Assembly: GCA_016748015.1 (NCBI GenBank) | Contig: JAAOMT010000244.1 | Coordinates: 1 to 14,922, forward strand | Length of the DNA: 14,922 nucleotides | Direction: 5' to 3' | Source: Geosiphon pyriformis uo1 | Lineage: Eukaryota; Fungi; Glomeromycota | In this document: positions 1 through 9,432 of the stretch, piece by piece | Layout of the letters: each line of letters opens with the position of its first letter | Position numbering within the stretch: position 1 is the stretch's first letter | The notes under the pieces: model-generated | Databases searched by the model: none | Told to the model about the DNA's origin: nothing | Seen by the model: only the letters and a program-made list of their open reading frames with translations | Translations under genes and position numbers: made by a program

Positions 1-1270
1 ATCAGTAAGCACTTTCAATTCATTTCAATAATGTGATTAATTGTTTTTATTTATATTTAACTATAAAATGGTTTGAAACAGATGAATAATTTGAAGGAAG
101 AATTGGTTGTTTATAAAAAATTATCATATATAGTTTTATATTATTTTTTTAGTAAGGGATTTAAAACGTGTTTATTTAATTCACTAACTCCATTTTTAAG
201 TATGAGAGCTAATATTAACTGTAAACAGTTTTCCTATCAATGATATTTCAAAACAAATGGTCAATTTTTATAGTTGGTAGATTATTGATGAAAATTTTTT
301 TCTAATCTGAAGATTATAATTGCTTTTTTTTGAATAATTACTTAAATATCCATAAAAAGAAGAATTTATTTGAATAAAATATGAATATGACAGAACAACT
401 TAATATGAAAAGAAAAAGTGAATTTCTTAACAAAATTTTAAGCACTCACACCAAATAGATAAATAAAAGTTTAAGAAGTAATTTGATGATATATTTTGTG
501 CTATAAATTTCATAAATTATTACATTTTTTAAGTCAAAAAAATATTATTCAAAACAATATGTAATACAAATAAAACAATTTGTATAACTTCAAACTAAAA
601 ATTGATATCACAATCCTTGCTCTGATTTAAAATGGTAATGTATTTAATAGTAAAATAAAACATGTATTACTATCATATTTGTTTCTAACTCAAATTAAAT
701 TTGTAAAATTCTAAACAAAACACAAAAAATTTTATTAATATTAGTTAAAGTAACATACATTCAATTAATCAGGCAAAAACAAAAAAAAAGAGTTGCAAAA
801 GAAATGACTATTCTGTCAGCCAAGACGCCCTTTAAAGAAAAAGAAAAAGAAAGAAACTAATTCGCTGCCAAAGACTCTTCCAAATAACAAGGAAACAAAA
901 ACTACTTTACCAGCCAAGACTCCTCCAAATAATAAGGAAACAGAAGAAACTACTTTGTTGTATATTAATCAATGATTTTTGTTTTATTTGGGTATTAAGA
1001 TCTTATTACTCAGACTTTATTTTGGATCCGACAATTTTGGACATGATTATTGTCCCGATTTTGGATGATGACTTGGCTATTACAACTAATATTCATAAAT
1101 CAACTTGCAACAGAAATTCCAAAGAAAAGTAAGCGGAAAAACACTCAAGTTCAAAAAAACCACCAAAAGTTGTTAAAAAGCACTGTTATAATAAAGGTAA
1201 ATAATACATGAATCTAACTTTTGAAATAACCTTGTATATTTCTCATTATATATTTATTATTATAGTTTAA
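1..1270 (+). pseudogene. Decayed multi-exon coding remnant, possibly a transposon ORF
   Basis: Protein-like frames interrupted by TAA/TGA, e.g. ...DFILDPTILDMIIVPILDDDLAITTNIHKSTCNRNSKEK*AEKHSSSKKPPKVVKKHCYNK, followed by a canonical short intron GTAAAT...TTATAG (1197-1265) and a stop. Includes a coding-like 45-49 bp repeat at 807-957. No family identified. Confidence 0.35.
807..957 (+). repeat. Imperfect tandem repeat, about 3.2 x 45-49 bp, encoding TTLPAKTPPNNKET-like units
   Basis: Units start at 807, 856, 901 and 949: actattctgtcagccaagacgccc..., actaattcgctgccaaagactcttccaaataacaaggaaac, actactttaccagccaagactcctccaaataataaggaaac. Confidence 0.75.
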
Positions 1271-1277
1271 TTAACAT

Positions 1278-1519
1278 TTGTTGGACAAATTATGGCCATA
1301 TTTAGATTATATTTGTACATATTATAGATAATATTTAAATAATATTTGTATAAATTGTAGATAATATTTGTACAAATTGTAGACATTTTAATCTAATTTG
1401 AGGGCTCATTTTTCACTACATTTTGTGTATATTTTACGATTGTTTATTGTATAAATTATTTGGTGAATATTTGATATGAACATTTATTGAATCTTTTATG
1501 GACAATTTTTTTTACTGGG
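1278..1519. mobile_element. Probable right end of a CACTA/EnSpm (CMC)-like DNA transposon
   Basis: Subterminal repeats followed by ...TTTTTTTACTGGG ending at 1519 (reverse complement CCCAGTAAAA). CCCAG termini are known for non-plant EnSpm/CMC elements. The other end is not in the window. Confidence 0.35.
1309..1385. repeat. 22-bp imperfect repeats (ATATTTGTACAAATTGTAGATA-like), probably transposon subterminal repeats
   Basis: Copies at 1309-1330, 1342-1363 and 1364-1385. Related motifs (ttggacaaatt, tggacaatt) occur near 1281 and 1499. Confidence 0.7.
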
Positions 1520-2315
1520 ATATCTTTTTAAAGTTTATGACTATTTTGTGATAATTGTTTTATAAGATTTATTAAAATTCTTTTCCCTTTCTTTTCTTTT
1601 CAAATTCCTTTTTTCTCTCATATTTTATTTTAACATAATGCTTTATTCTATCTAAATTAATTAAACCATCAATATATAAACACTTTTATTAAACTCAAGA
1701 ATAATAATCAACTATATTATGATAGTTATTATTTTTATAATTAGAGTAAATCCTAGCTATTACAATTCTAGTATTTCATTCCAAAAAAACATAATTTCTC
1801 AAAAGAATTATAATGTAAACTAATTAAAATAGTAGTAATTTTTTATGTACTCTTTTTTCAACTTGCCAATCTTAAAAATTATAAGTTCTCAATTAATTTG
1901 TGAGTCTGATTTTTTAATTCAATTAAGAATTTTGAAAGTTTTAAAAAACATAAACAATTAGTAATTTTTATCTTGACTTCATGTTTTTTAATAAGATACT
2001 ATTATTAGCAATTATGTTTACATATTTAAAAAAAATATGAAATAAAGATTTTTATGAATAATGATTTGTTAATTGATAAAATTTAATTAAGAAGATAAAA
2101 CTGAATTAAAAGTATATAAAAATAAAGATAAATTCAAAAATTGAAATATAATATAAAAATAATATTAAAAATATTGCGATCTATTATACAGGTAAAAATA
2201 TATAGTAATGAATAAATAAAAAAATGAATAAATATATAAATAAATAATAATTAACTGAAAAAAAATTAATAATATATTTAGAAAAAATGAGAAAAGAAGA
2301 CAAATAAAAGAAATC

Positions 2316-3095
2316 TTAACCAGATTCACTATGAAAGCAAAGTCTAAGATTGTATTGTGCGATTGTATTTCCTGCCTTTGCTGGTTTTGAATAGAGTTTC
2401 AATGCTTTTGCCACATTTTTTGTTGTTCCCCATCCATTAGCATAACAAAGTCCAAGATCCAATTGTGCCCTCATATCTCCTGCCTCGGCTGCTTTTAAAT
2501 AAAGTTTAAATACTTTTTCCAAATTTTTAGGTGTTCCCAATCCAAATCGATAACAAATTATAAGATTGTATTGTGCATTTGTATATCCCGCCTCTGCTGC
2601 TTTTAAATAGAGTTCAAATGCTTTTCTTAATTTTTTCGTCGTTCCCAATCTTTTAGCATAACAAAGTCCAAGCTTGTATTGTGCACTTAAATGTCCCGCC
2701 TCTGCTGCTTTGGAATAGAATTCAAATGCTTTTTCTGAATTTTTTGTCGTTCATTCTCCATTATCATAACAAAGTGCAAGATTGTATTGTGTGTTTGTAT
2801 TTCCCGCCTCTGCTGCTTTTGAAAAGAGTTCAAATGCTTTTTTTTGATCTTGTGAAGTACTAATTGAATTATAATAACAATGTTCTAAGAAGAATTGTCC
2901 GAAAGAATCTTTTGCATTCGCTGCTTTCTGAAATGCCAGAAATGATTTTGTTGGATTAGGAATAGTTCTTATCCCATATTTTAAACAAAAGCCGAGCAAA
3001 ATATAGTCTATCGAACGCTTTGAACTTTTATTTTTCAAGTAATTGAAAAAATCTTCAGGTTTTTTCTTATTGCGCTCAAAATTGTTTTTCACCAT
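2316..3095 (-). pseudogene. Sel1-like repeat (SLR/HCP-like) protein gene, 259 codons with one in-frame TGA at 2751-2753
   Basis: ORFs 2751-3095 and 2316-2648 are in the same frame. The intervening codons read TTKNSEKAFEFYSKAAEAGHLSAQYKLGLCYAKRL, a Sel1 repeat. About six 36-aa repeats of the form AQYNLGLCYxxGxGTxKNxxKAFELYxKAAEAG are present (108-bp DNA periodicity). Confidence 0.88.
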
Positions 3096-4155
3096 GTATT
3101 AATTAGTTTTAATAAATTTGAATTCTGATAAATAATTATTATCATTATTTGAATATTTAATTAATATATTTCATATTATATATTTGAATATTTAATTTTT
3201 TTCATTATTTTTAAATTTAATTAAAATAGATATAGTTTTTAAATTTTTATATTTACTTTGTTAAAAAAAGTAGATTGAATAACTAATTAATAATTTAATT
3301 GGGAATAAAAAGTTTGCAAATGTACTTAATCATTATTTTGATCTATTTAAAAAAAATTTTGACAAAAAATCAAAAATATATTTGATTCATGATAATAAAA
3401 TTATCTTTAATACTTTCTTAATTTTAAAAAAACAATTTTTATTTTTGAATTGTTTCTATAATATAAATTACACTTAGAACTCTTTTCATCTTATTTTTTA
3501 TTGTAATCAATTTCGAATCCTGTTAAATATTAATTTTCTAAATTTGTATCGAAAAAAAATTTGATTCAAAAAATTAGGAATATAAAAAGAAAATCAAAAT
3601 CATGTGTTTCGGAAATTCTTCAAATTAGAAATATTAATTTAATAATAAAAATTAGACTTTGAGTCAAAAATTTATAGCATATCTTTAATCGCCTATTCTT
3701 TATCTCTTCAATAATATTTATCATATTGTTTCTCATAGGATTAAATGTAAGCCTGAAAATTCAAGTAGCAAACCAATGACTATAGTTAAAGGCTATCTAT
3801 CTAATTTTGTGAATGAATCTCATAATTTCCAGTACTCTTTTGTAAATATCAACTTTTAAGCTTGCTTTGTCTTCAGATTTTTAATTTTCATGCGGCCACA
3901 TTTTGATTTCACCTTTTTATTATATGCTTGCACAGAGTGACAAGATACCATTTTCAACCCCATTATCACTACTCGAATGATAAATCAAGTAGAAAATCAT
4001 TATTGTCATGCTGTATTATTTATAATTTATTCAAGAATTTAATTGAACTTGCTTTACAATTCATTTTATGCTTTAAAAAATTAACTTACGATAAGATAAA
4101 TAATATATTTTCTAATTTAAAAAAAAAGAAATCGCTAATTTGTAAAAATGATGAT

Positions 4156-4728
4156 CTAATGGTTTCCGTTACCGTTCAAGTTTCCGTTTTCGCTACCCTT
4201 GTTCAAGTTACCATTCAAGTTTCCGTTTTTACTACCCTTGTTCAAGTTACCATTCAAGTTTCCGTTTTTACTACCCTTGTTCAAGTTACCATTCAAGTTT
4301 CCGTTTTCACTACCCTTGTTCAAGTTACCATTCAAGTTTCCGTTTTTACTACCCTTGTTCAAGTTACCATTCAAGTTTCCGTTTTTGCTACCCTTGTTCA
4401 AATTACCATTCAAGTTTCCGTTTTCGCTCCCCTTGTTCAAGTTACCATTCAAGTTTCCGTTTTCGCTACCCTTGTTCAAATTACCATTTAAGTTTCCGTT
4501 GTTGCTTCCAACGTTTCCGTTACCGTTCAAGTTTCCGTTGTCACTACCGCTGTTGAGGTTACCGTTTCCATTTCCATTGTTGCTTCCAACGTTTCCGTTG
4601 CCGTTTCCGTTTCCATTTCCGCTACTTCCAGATCCAGTTGGTGTTGGTAAGGCCGAGACGAAGAGGTAGGTGAGAAGAAGAGTTACCAAAAAGATGGTGA
4701 GCAAGCGAGAAAACGATTGGTGAGACAT
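4156..4728 (-). CDS. Secreted Asn/Gly-rich tandem-repeat protein (190 aa; signal peptide plus 11.8 x 13-aa repeat)
   Basis: AAAAATG start context. Hydrophobic signal peptide MSHQSFSRLLTIFLVTLLLTYLFVSA|LPTP. Uninterrupted ORF with GC well above background. Repeat NGNLNGNLNKGS[EK]. TATA box about 130 bp upstream. Confidence 0.9.
   Translation of the reverse strand: MSHQSFSRLLTIFLVTLLLTYLFVSALPTPTGSGSSGNGNGNGNGNVGSNNGNGNGNLNSGSDNGNLNGNGNVGSNNGNLNGNLNKGSENGNLNGNLNKGSENGNLNGNLNKGSKNGNLNGNLNKGSKNGNLNGNLNKGSENGNLNGNLNKGSKNGNLNGNLNKGSKNGNLNGNLNKGSENGNLNGNGNH
4159..4617 (-). repeat. 39-bp coding tandem repeat (11 full units plus 1 partial)
   Basis: Plus-strand unit tttccgtttt(cg/ta/ca/tg)ctacccttgttcaagttaccattcaag is repeated 8 times almost perfectly, with 3 more diverged units at the N-terminal side. 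Confidence 0.97.
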
Positions 4729-4849
4729 TTTTAATAAAGTAAAGATTTATGAGAGATGTTAAAAATTATTTTATTTGCAATCTTTTGTTTTTAAAAAATT
4801 TATTATTCGTTGAATAAACTTCAAAAGTATATTATTCTTGGAAGTATCA

Positions 4850-4864
4850 AGCTTCGTTTTTATA
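4850..4864 (-). promoter_or_regulatory. Putative TATA box/core promoter of the 190-aa Asn/Gly gene
   Basis: Minus strand reads TATAAAAACGAAGCT, about 130 bp upstream of the ATG. It matches the motif upstream of the paralog at 12055-12068. Confidence 0.55.
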
Positions 4865-6216
4865 GCAAATTTTTCTGGTTCAATTCTAGCCCAAAAGATA
4901 TTAATTCTAACATTTCACCATTCTTCTGATTATTCACAACTAATAGTTTTTTTTAGTGAAAACTATTTTTTAATGTAAATGAAATATTGATCTCATTATA
5001 AAAAATTTTAAAGAATGTTCGATCGATCGATCTTTCAGATTGTCTTGATGCTCATGATGACAGGATGATTAATATTAGTTTGGAAAATCGATTCAGAGTA
5101 TCAACCGGTTTTCCCTTCGGTTTAAAAATGAAATCGATTGTAGAAACTTATGTTTTAAAATTAAACCTAAAAATTGCATCTTCATACAAAATCTGGAGGG
5201 TTTCAATAAAATAAATGAATTGTTTAGGGTTTTAATTTGGAATGTAGCCATTGAAAAAAAAAATTAATTCTTTTTGCGATTTTGAAGAGTGTTTAATGAA
5301 TAATTTGTCTTCAAAAACGAAAACCATACACAATTTTTTTAATAAACAAAAAACTTCTGACAAGAAAAATCCACATCGAAAAGGATATGATAAACCATTA
5401 CCAAAAAAAACCTTGAGTATCCCCTTTTTTGCATATAGTAACACAAAATATTTCTTTGAAACGTGTTTTCTAAAGTTAGAAACAAATATTTTTCTTAAAT
5501 TTTTTGCCCAAAATACAAGTAGAATGATGAATTTGCCTCTTTAAAAGTTTAGTCAATTATTATTAAACAAATGATAGTCTTAAAAAGGATATTGTTTTCA
5601 ATCAAACCTTTTTCTAAGCTGCGACATTTAAATTAATGCTTTTTCATGACAAATAAATGTCTTTTATCTTTAATAGAACATTAAGCATTCACCCACCCTA
5701 AAATATGTTCAATTATCTACCTCGTTTAAACCAATTGACCCATCTATGCTCTACGTTTGTTATGGATCAAAGGCACTCTAAAAGGTACTAGATAGAATTA
5801 GTATCAATTTAAAAAAATAATTTGTAATCAAGTTTTGAATTATTCATTACAAAATGCTCTATAGCTATTCCGATTAAGATGAAGCTTTAGAACACAAAAC
5901 ACCTTTCGAAAAATTTTGCAACCATGACGTGTAAAAGGGTGAAATTTTAATGCATCCATCCATTCGTTCGTATGGTACAAAAATTTTGTGTAAAATGCGT
6001 TCCTTATTTGGGCTTCTAACCAAATAACTTAATCTTAATTCCATATGTGACAATGTTATTCGCTAATCGTGAGTAAAAAGATAATCTTATTTTTAGAAAT
6101 ATTCGACATAAATGATATTATTATTTTATTATTATTTTTAAAACAGATTATTAATACACCTTACTATTTTTTACAAATTAAAACTAATTATTAATAGAAA
6201 AATTTTCATTTTAAAA

Positions 6217-6486
6217 ATGACAAAGTAAACAAAACTTATAAATTTTATTGTTCAAAACAATGAAACTAGACCGATTTTGAAGCAAAGTATCTCTATAAAG
6301 TCACAATATTATCATGTAGAGCTGGATGATAGAATTATTAGAGTGGATGTTTTGAAGCGCATTTAATCAACCGGATATATTATAACCGATGACATTTGTG
6401 ATGGGTGCACAGTATAATGAACTATTAAGCAAATATGTACTAATATTTACAAATTTAAAAGACCTATTAGAAATGCTTCCAAGTAA
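6217..6486 (+). pseudogene. Possible decayed coding remnant of unknown family
   Basis: AAAAATG start, then MTK*TKLINFIVQNNETRPILKQSISIKSQYYHVELDDRIIRVDVLKRI*STGYIITDDICDGCTV**TIKQICTNIYKFKRPIRNASK. All 4 internal stops are derivable by one transition from CAA, CGA or TGG. Confidence 0.3.
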
Positions 6487-8512
6487 AATACATATTTTTT
6501 ATTGTTGATTTTAAGTCACACTGATTGTACTTTTACGTCTGAATCAAAATTTAACTCTCAAGAAAATTTTCAGAGACATTTAAAGTTCAATCAGTTTTAA
6601 ACATTCCCAACCTATCGATATTATTAATCATAAGAATGTAAAAATCGAAATTAGCATCATAAGGCCAAGAAATTTAATAATTAACATTTCTTTAATAAGT
6701 GATTCAAAATAAATGGTTTCATTTCCATTAGCATTCATTCACATAAAATATTTCAAAGCTGAATAAAAATGCTTCAAAAATGATTAAATGATAATTCTAA
6801 CATTTTTATTATTTCATGAATTTTCTATTTAAAATTTATTTATTTATTAAAAACTTTTTTTTAAAAAACTTGTAAGTTGAATTAAAATTATAATTGATTA
6901 AATAGTAAAACTATCATATTGTTGTTGCTTACAACTTTACAAGATTTATAAAAAATTTTATATATTAAAATTGTTATTTTTTTTTGAATATTTTATTAAG
7001 TATAATAAATGGATATGCACTTTCTATTCGTGACCGGCCACCCACATTTTCTGTTTTCTTTTTCATAATATTGTATAAAATAAAAATCATTAAATTCAAA
7101 GCTAAAATTTTTAAACAAAGCCCCTTTTTTTCATTTGAATTTCAAAAATACTAACTAAAAACTATATATTCATTAGTAAACTTTTATAAGATTATTTAAT
7201 TATAGAAAATTAGTATCAAAAAAATATTTGTAATTGAAAACTTGATGGAAAAAAAGTATTTAATTAAGCCTAATTTATCTGATAGGTGAGATAATACTAG
7301 GAGGCTGTGCAAACTCATCTGGTTATTATGTATGAAATTGGTATCAGGCTGCTTACAAACAAACCCATTAAAGACTTTCAATTATCCATCCGCGATATAC
7401 ATTTATCTAAAAATTTAATTTATAAACAATATTTTCGGTAGTGCAATCATAATATTGAATGCTAGATTTATAAATTGAGTTAAGTCTCTTTAAAGAGTTT
7501 AAAATCATTTCTAATATACATATATCTTTCAACTAAACATTTCCAACTATCGACCTATTGTAGCGTTCATCAATTTTTTTCTTGATATTATTAAGCGAAT
7601 TACCAAAGAAAACTAGATGCTCGAAAATCCGCAGGCTTTGTTATAGTCTCAGTGATTTTTAAGTTAATTGATGATTGAATCATTTAAAAATTAAGTCATA
7701 AATTTAGATATTATTAGTTAATAAATTTATTGGGTTAGTTAATATTTTAACTATTATGGTGAGATCGAGATGATTTGTAAACAAATAAAAGTTTTATTAT
7801 CTCTCTCTAATCGCAATACAAACCCAAATAATAAATGAAAATCTGGGATTGGAAAGATGGCAAAGTCTAGAATATATAATTAAATTGTAAAAAAGTTCTA
7901 TTTAGCAATAAACAAAACACAATAAACAAATATTATTACAATATATATTTAAAATCATTGCTTAATTTTAGAAGAAATTGGAAGCTAAATATATTAAAGA
8001 ATATAAATAACATAAACATTTAATTTCTTTTACTGACCAATATGTGAAAATCTTTAAAAAAAAAATTTTTTCACCTTATTCAACAACGAGGCACACTTTT
8101 TTTTCTTAGCAACCATGGTTGCTAGTTTTTTTTACTAGCTTCTTCCGTTCCCCAACTATCTCTAAATGTTATAATTTTTAGACAATAAGGGATCAAATTA
8201 TTGAAAATAAATTTTGAATATACAAGGTGAACGCCTTCATGTCCAATATTCTAATTTCTCTACTTTTTGGGATATATTTTTATCATATTCATTATAATCG
8301 ACTTTCATCAATTAAGACAATAAAACTTTTGCCCTCATGAATCAATGATATGTCTTTTATAATATCTGGAAACATTTATTTTTATTTGTACACTTTACAC
8401 TCAAAATAGTCAACAAAAACTTTTCAACTTCTCAAAGAGATTTTAAATCTAATATAAAATTGTGAAAACCAATTTAAATATTCATTTTGTAGGATATTCA
8501 AAAATAAATATT

Positions 8513-8998
8513 TTAAAAATAAAAACAAAATTTGCTGAAATCAAAAGAATCTACTCGACTTCACACCAATTGGTTTACTTTCTTAATTTGATATCTCTCT
8601 TTAATTGACACACTTTCAATTGGGAAAAACTGAAATCTAATATAGTTCAGTTTACAAGTTCTGGGCCCTAAACCATAAAATTTTTATCAAGGACTTCAAG
8701 AAACAACTAATTGGTGATAAGAAACACAATTTTTTCTTTTGCAAACTAATTGGTAAATATCATTTCTTGATTTTGTTTTTGAATAGTAATCTTTCAAATA
8801 TATTTTATTCATCCATTTACATAAATCTATTACAATTGAAATCAGATGAATATGTTTATTATTTCTTTCAAAAGTTTATCATAATTTTATTGCAATTTGA
8901 TATTCTCCAAATCTTTCATATTCATTTATTAAAATTTCAAGCAGTGTATAATATTTGAGTAGCCATTATGATTAACTTAGATTTAGGAGAATTTTATC
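8513..8998 (-). pseudogene. Decayed ORF of unknown function (may extend to about 8240 and about 9040)
   Basis: One frame reads DKILLNLS*S*WLLKYYTLLEILINEYERFGEYQIAIKL**TFERNNKHIHLISIVIDLCKWMNKIYLKDYYSKTKSRNDIYQLVCKRKNCVSYHQLVVS*SP**KFYGLGPRTCKLNYIRFQFFPIESVSIKERYQIKKVNQLV*SRVDSFDFSKFCFYF*. Stops are only TGA or TAA, at positions where W, R or Q fit. Confidence 0.45.
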
Positions 8999-9198
8999 AA
9001 AATCTTTTCACTTTAAACTTTAAACTTTGAAAAGAGGAGTTCTTTTTAATTAAAGTAATTTATTTAAAGGGACTAAACTTCATATTTTGACTCGGTATTC
9101 GTCGAAAGTTGATTAATTAAAGATTAAAAAAATGATCGGGAAAGCTAATTGTTATTTGCTATTTACTCTATTATTAGCTTTTTAACCCCTGAATTTAA

Positions 9199-9432
9199 TA
9201 TTTCCTTAATGAAATTAATGATAGTCAAGTTCTTTCGTCGAGGAAATCATTAATTGAAGCTCTAGCTCAAAATGGTTATTATGAACCCTTGAAAAGAGTT
9301 GCAGGTGTTATCATCAATGTTTGTGTGATGATGGCTGCAATGAATATAAAGAATAAGGATATTCTTCATTATTTTCTCGCTATTTTTAATGTAAGACTAA
9401 AAAAAACCAAAGTTAAGTATAACTCAAAGTAA
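9199..9432 (+). pseudogene. Isolated exon-like open frame (gene fragment)
   Basis: 77 stop-free codons with above-background GC (YFLNEINDSQVLSSRKSLIEALAQNGYYEPLKRVAGVIINVCVMMAAMNIKNKDILHYFLAIFN...). GTAAGA donor-like site at 9391. No start or in-frame acceptor found. Confidence 0.3.

Noticed and set aside
2255-2320. Possible minus-strand intron GTTAAG...TTTCAG at the end of the Sel1 gene
   Set aside because: Weak donor, and the downstream sequence is AT-only with no resumption of the Sel1 repeat.
2681-2863. Plus-strand 60-aa ORF
   Set aside because: Antisense to the Sel1 gene, GTG start, no independent support.
4159-4617. 39-bp repeats as a CRISPR array or a Kex2-processed RiPP precursor
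   Set aside because: The units are contiguous with no unique spacers. There are no KR/RR dibasic sites and no neighbouring modification enzymes in the window.
3928-4669. Plus-strand ORFs 3928-4491 (VQVTIQVSVF repeats) and 4199-4669 (LPFKFPF repeats)
   Set aside because: Antisense shadows of the 39-bp repeat gene. They have non-ATG starts, and only the minus frame has a signal peptide and good start context.
5018-5032. Short (GATC)n run
   Set aside because: Only about 3 units of a microsatellite; no supportable function.
5232-5544. Overlapping ORFs 5232-5444 (-) and 5251-5544 (+)
   Set aside because: K/N/F-rich translations of A/T tracts with no recognisable domain; likely upstream non-coding DNA.
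2316-8998. Alternative genetic code (TGA=Trp as in Mollicutes-related endobacteria or mitochondria, or TGA=Gly as in code 25)
   Set aside because: The relic frames also contain TAA stops, and TGA would need to be Gly in one gene and Trp in another. The low gene density, introns and eukaryotic transposons indicate nuclear DNA with mutational decay.
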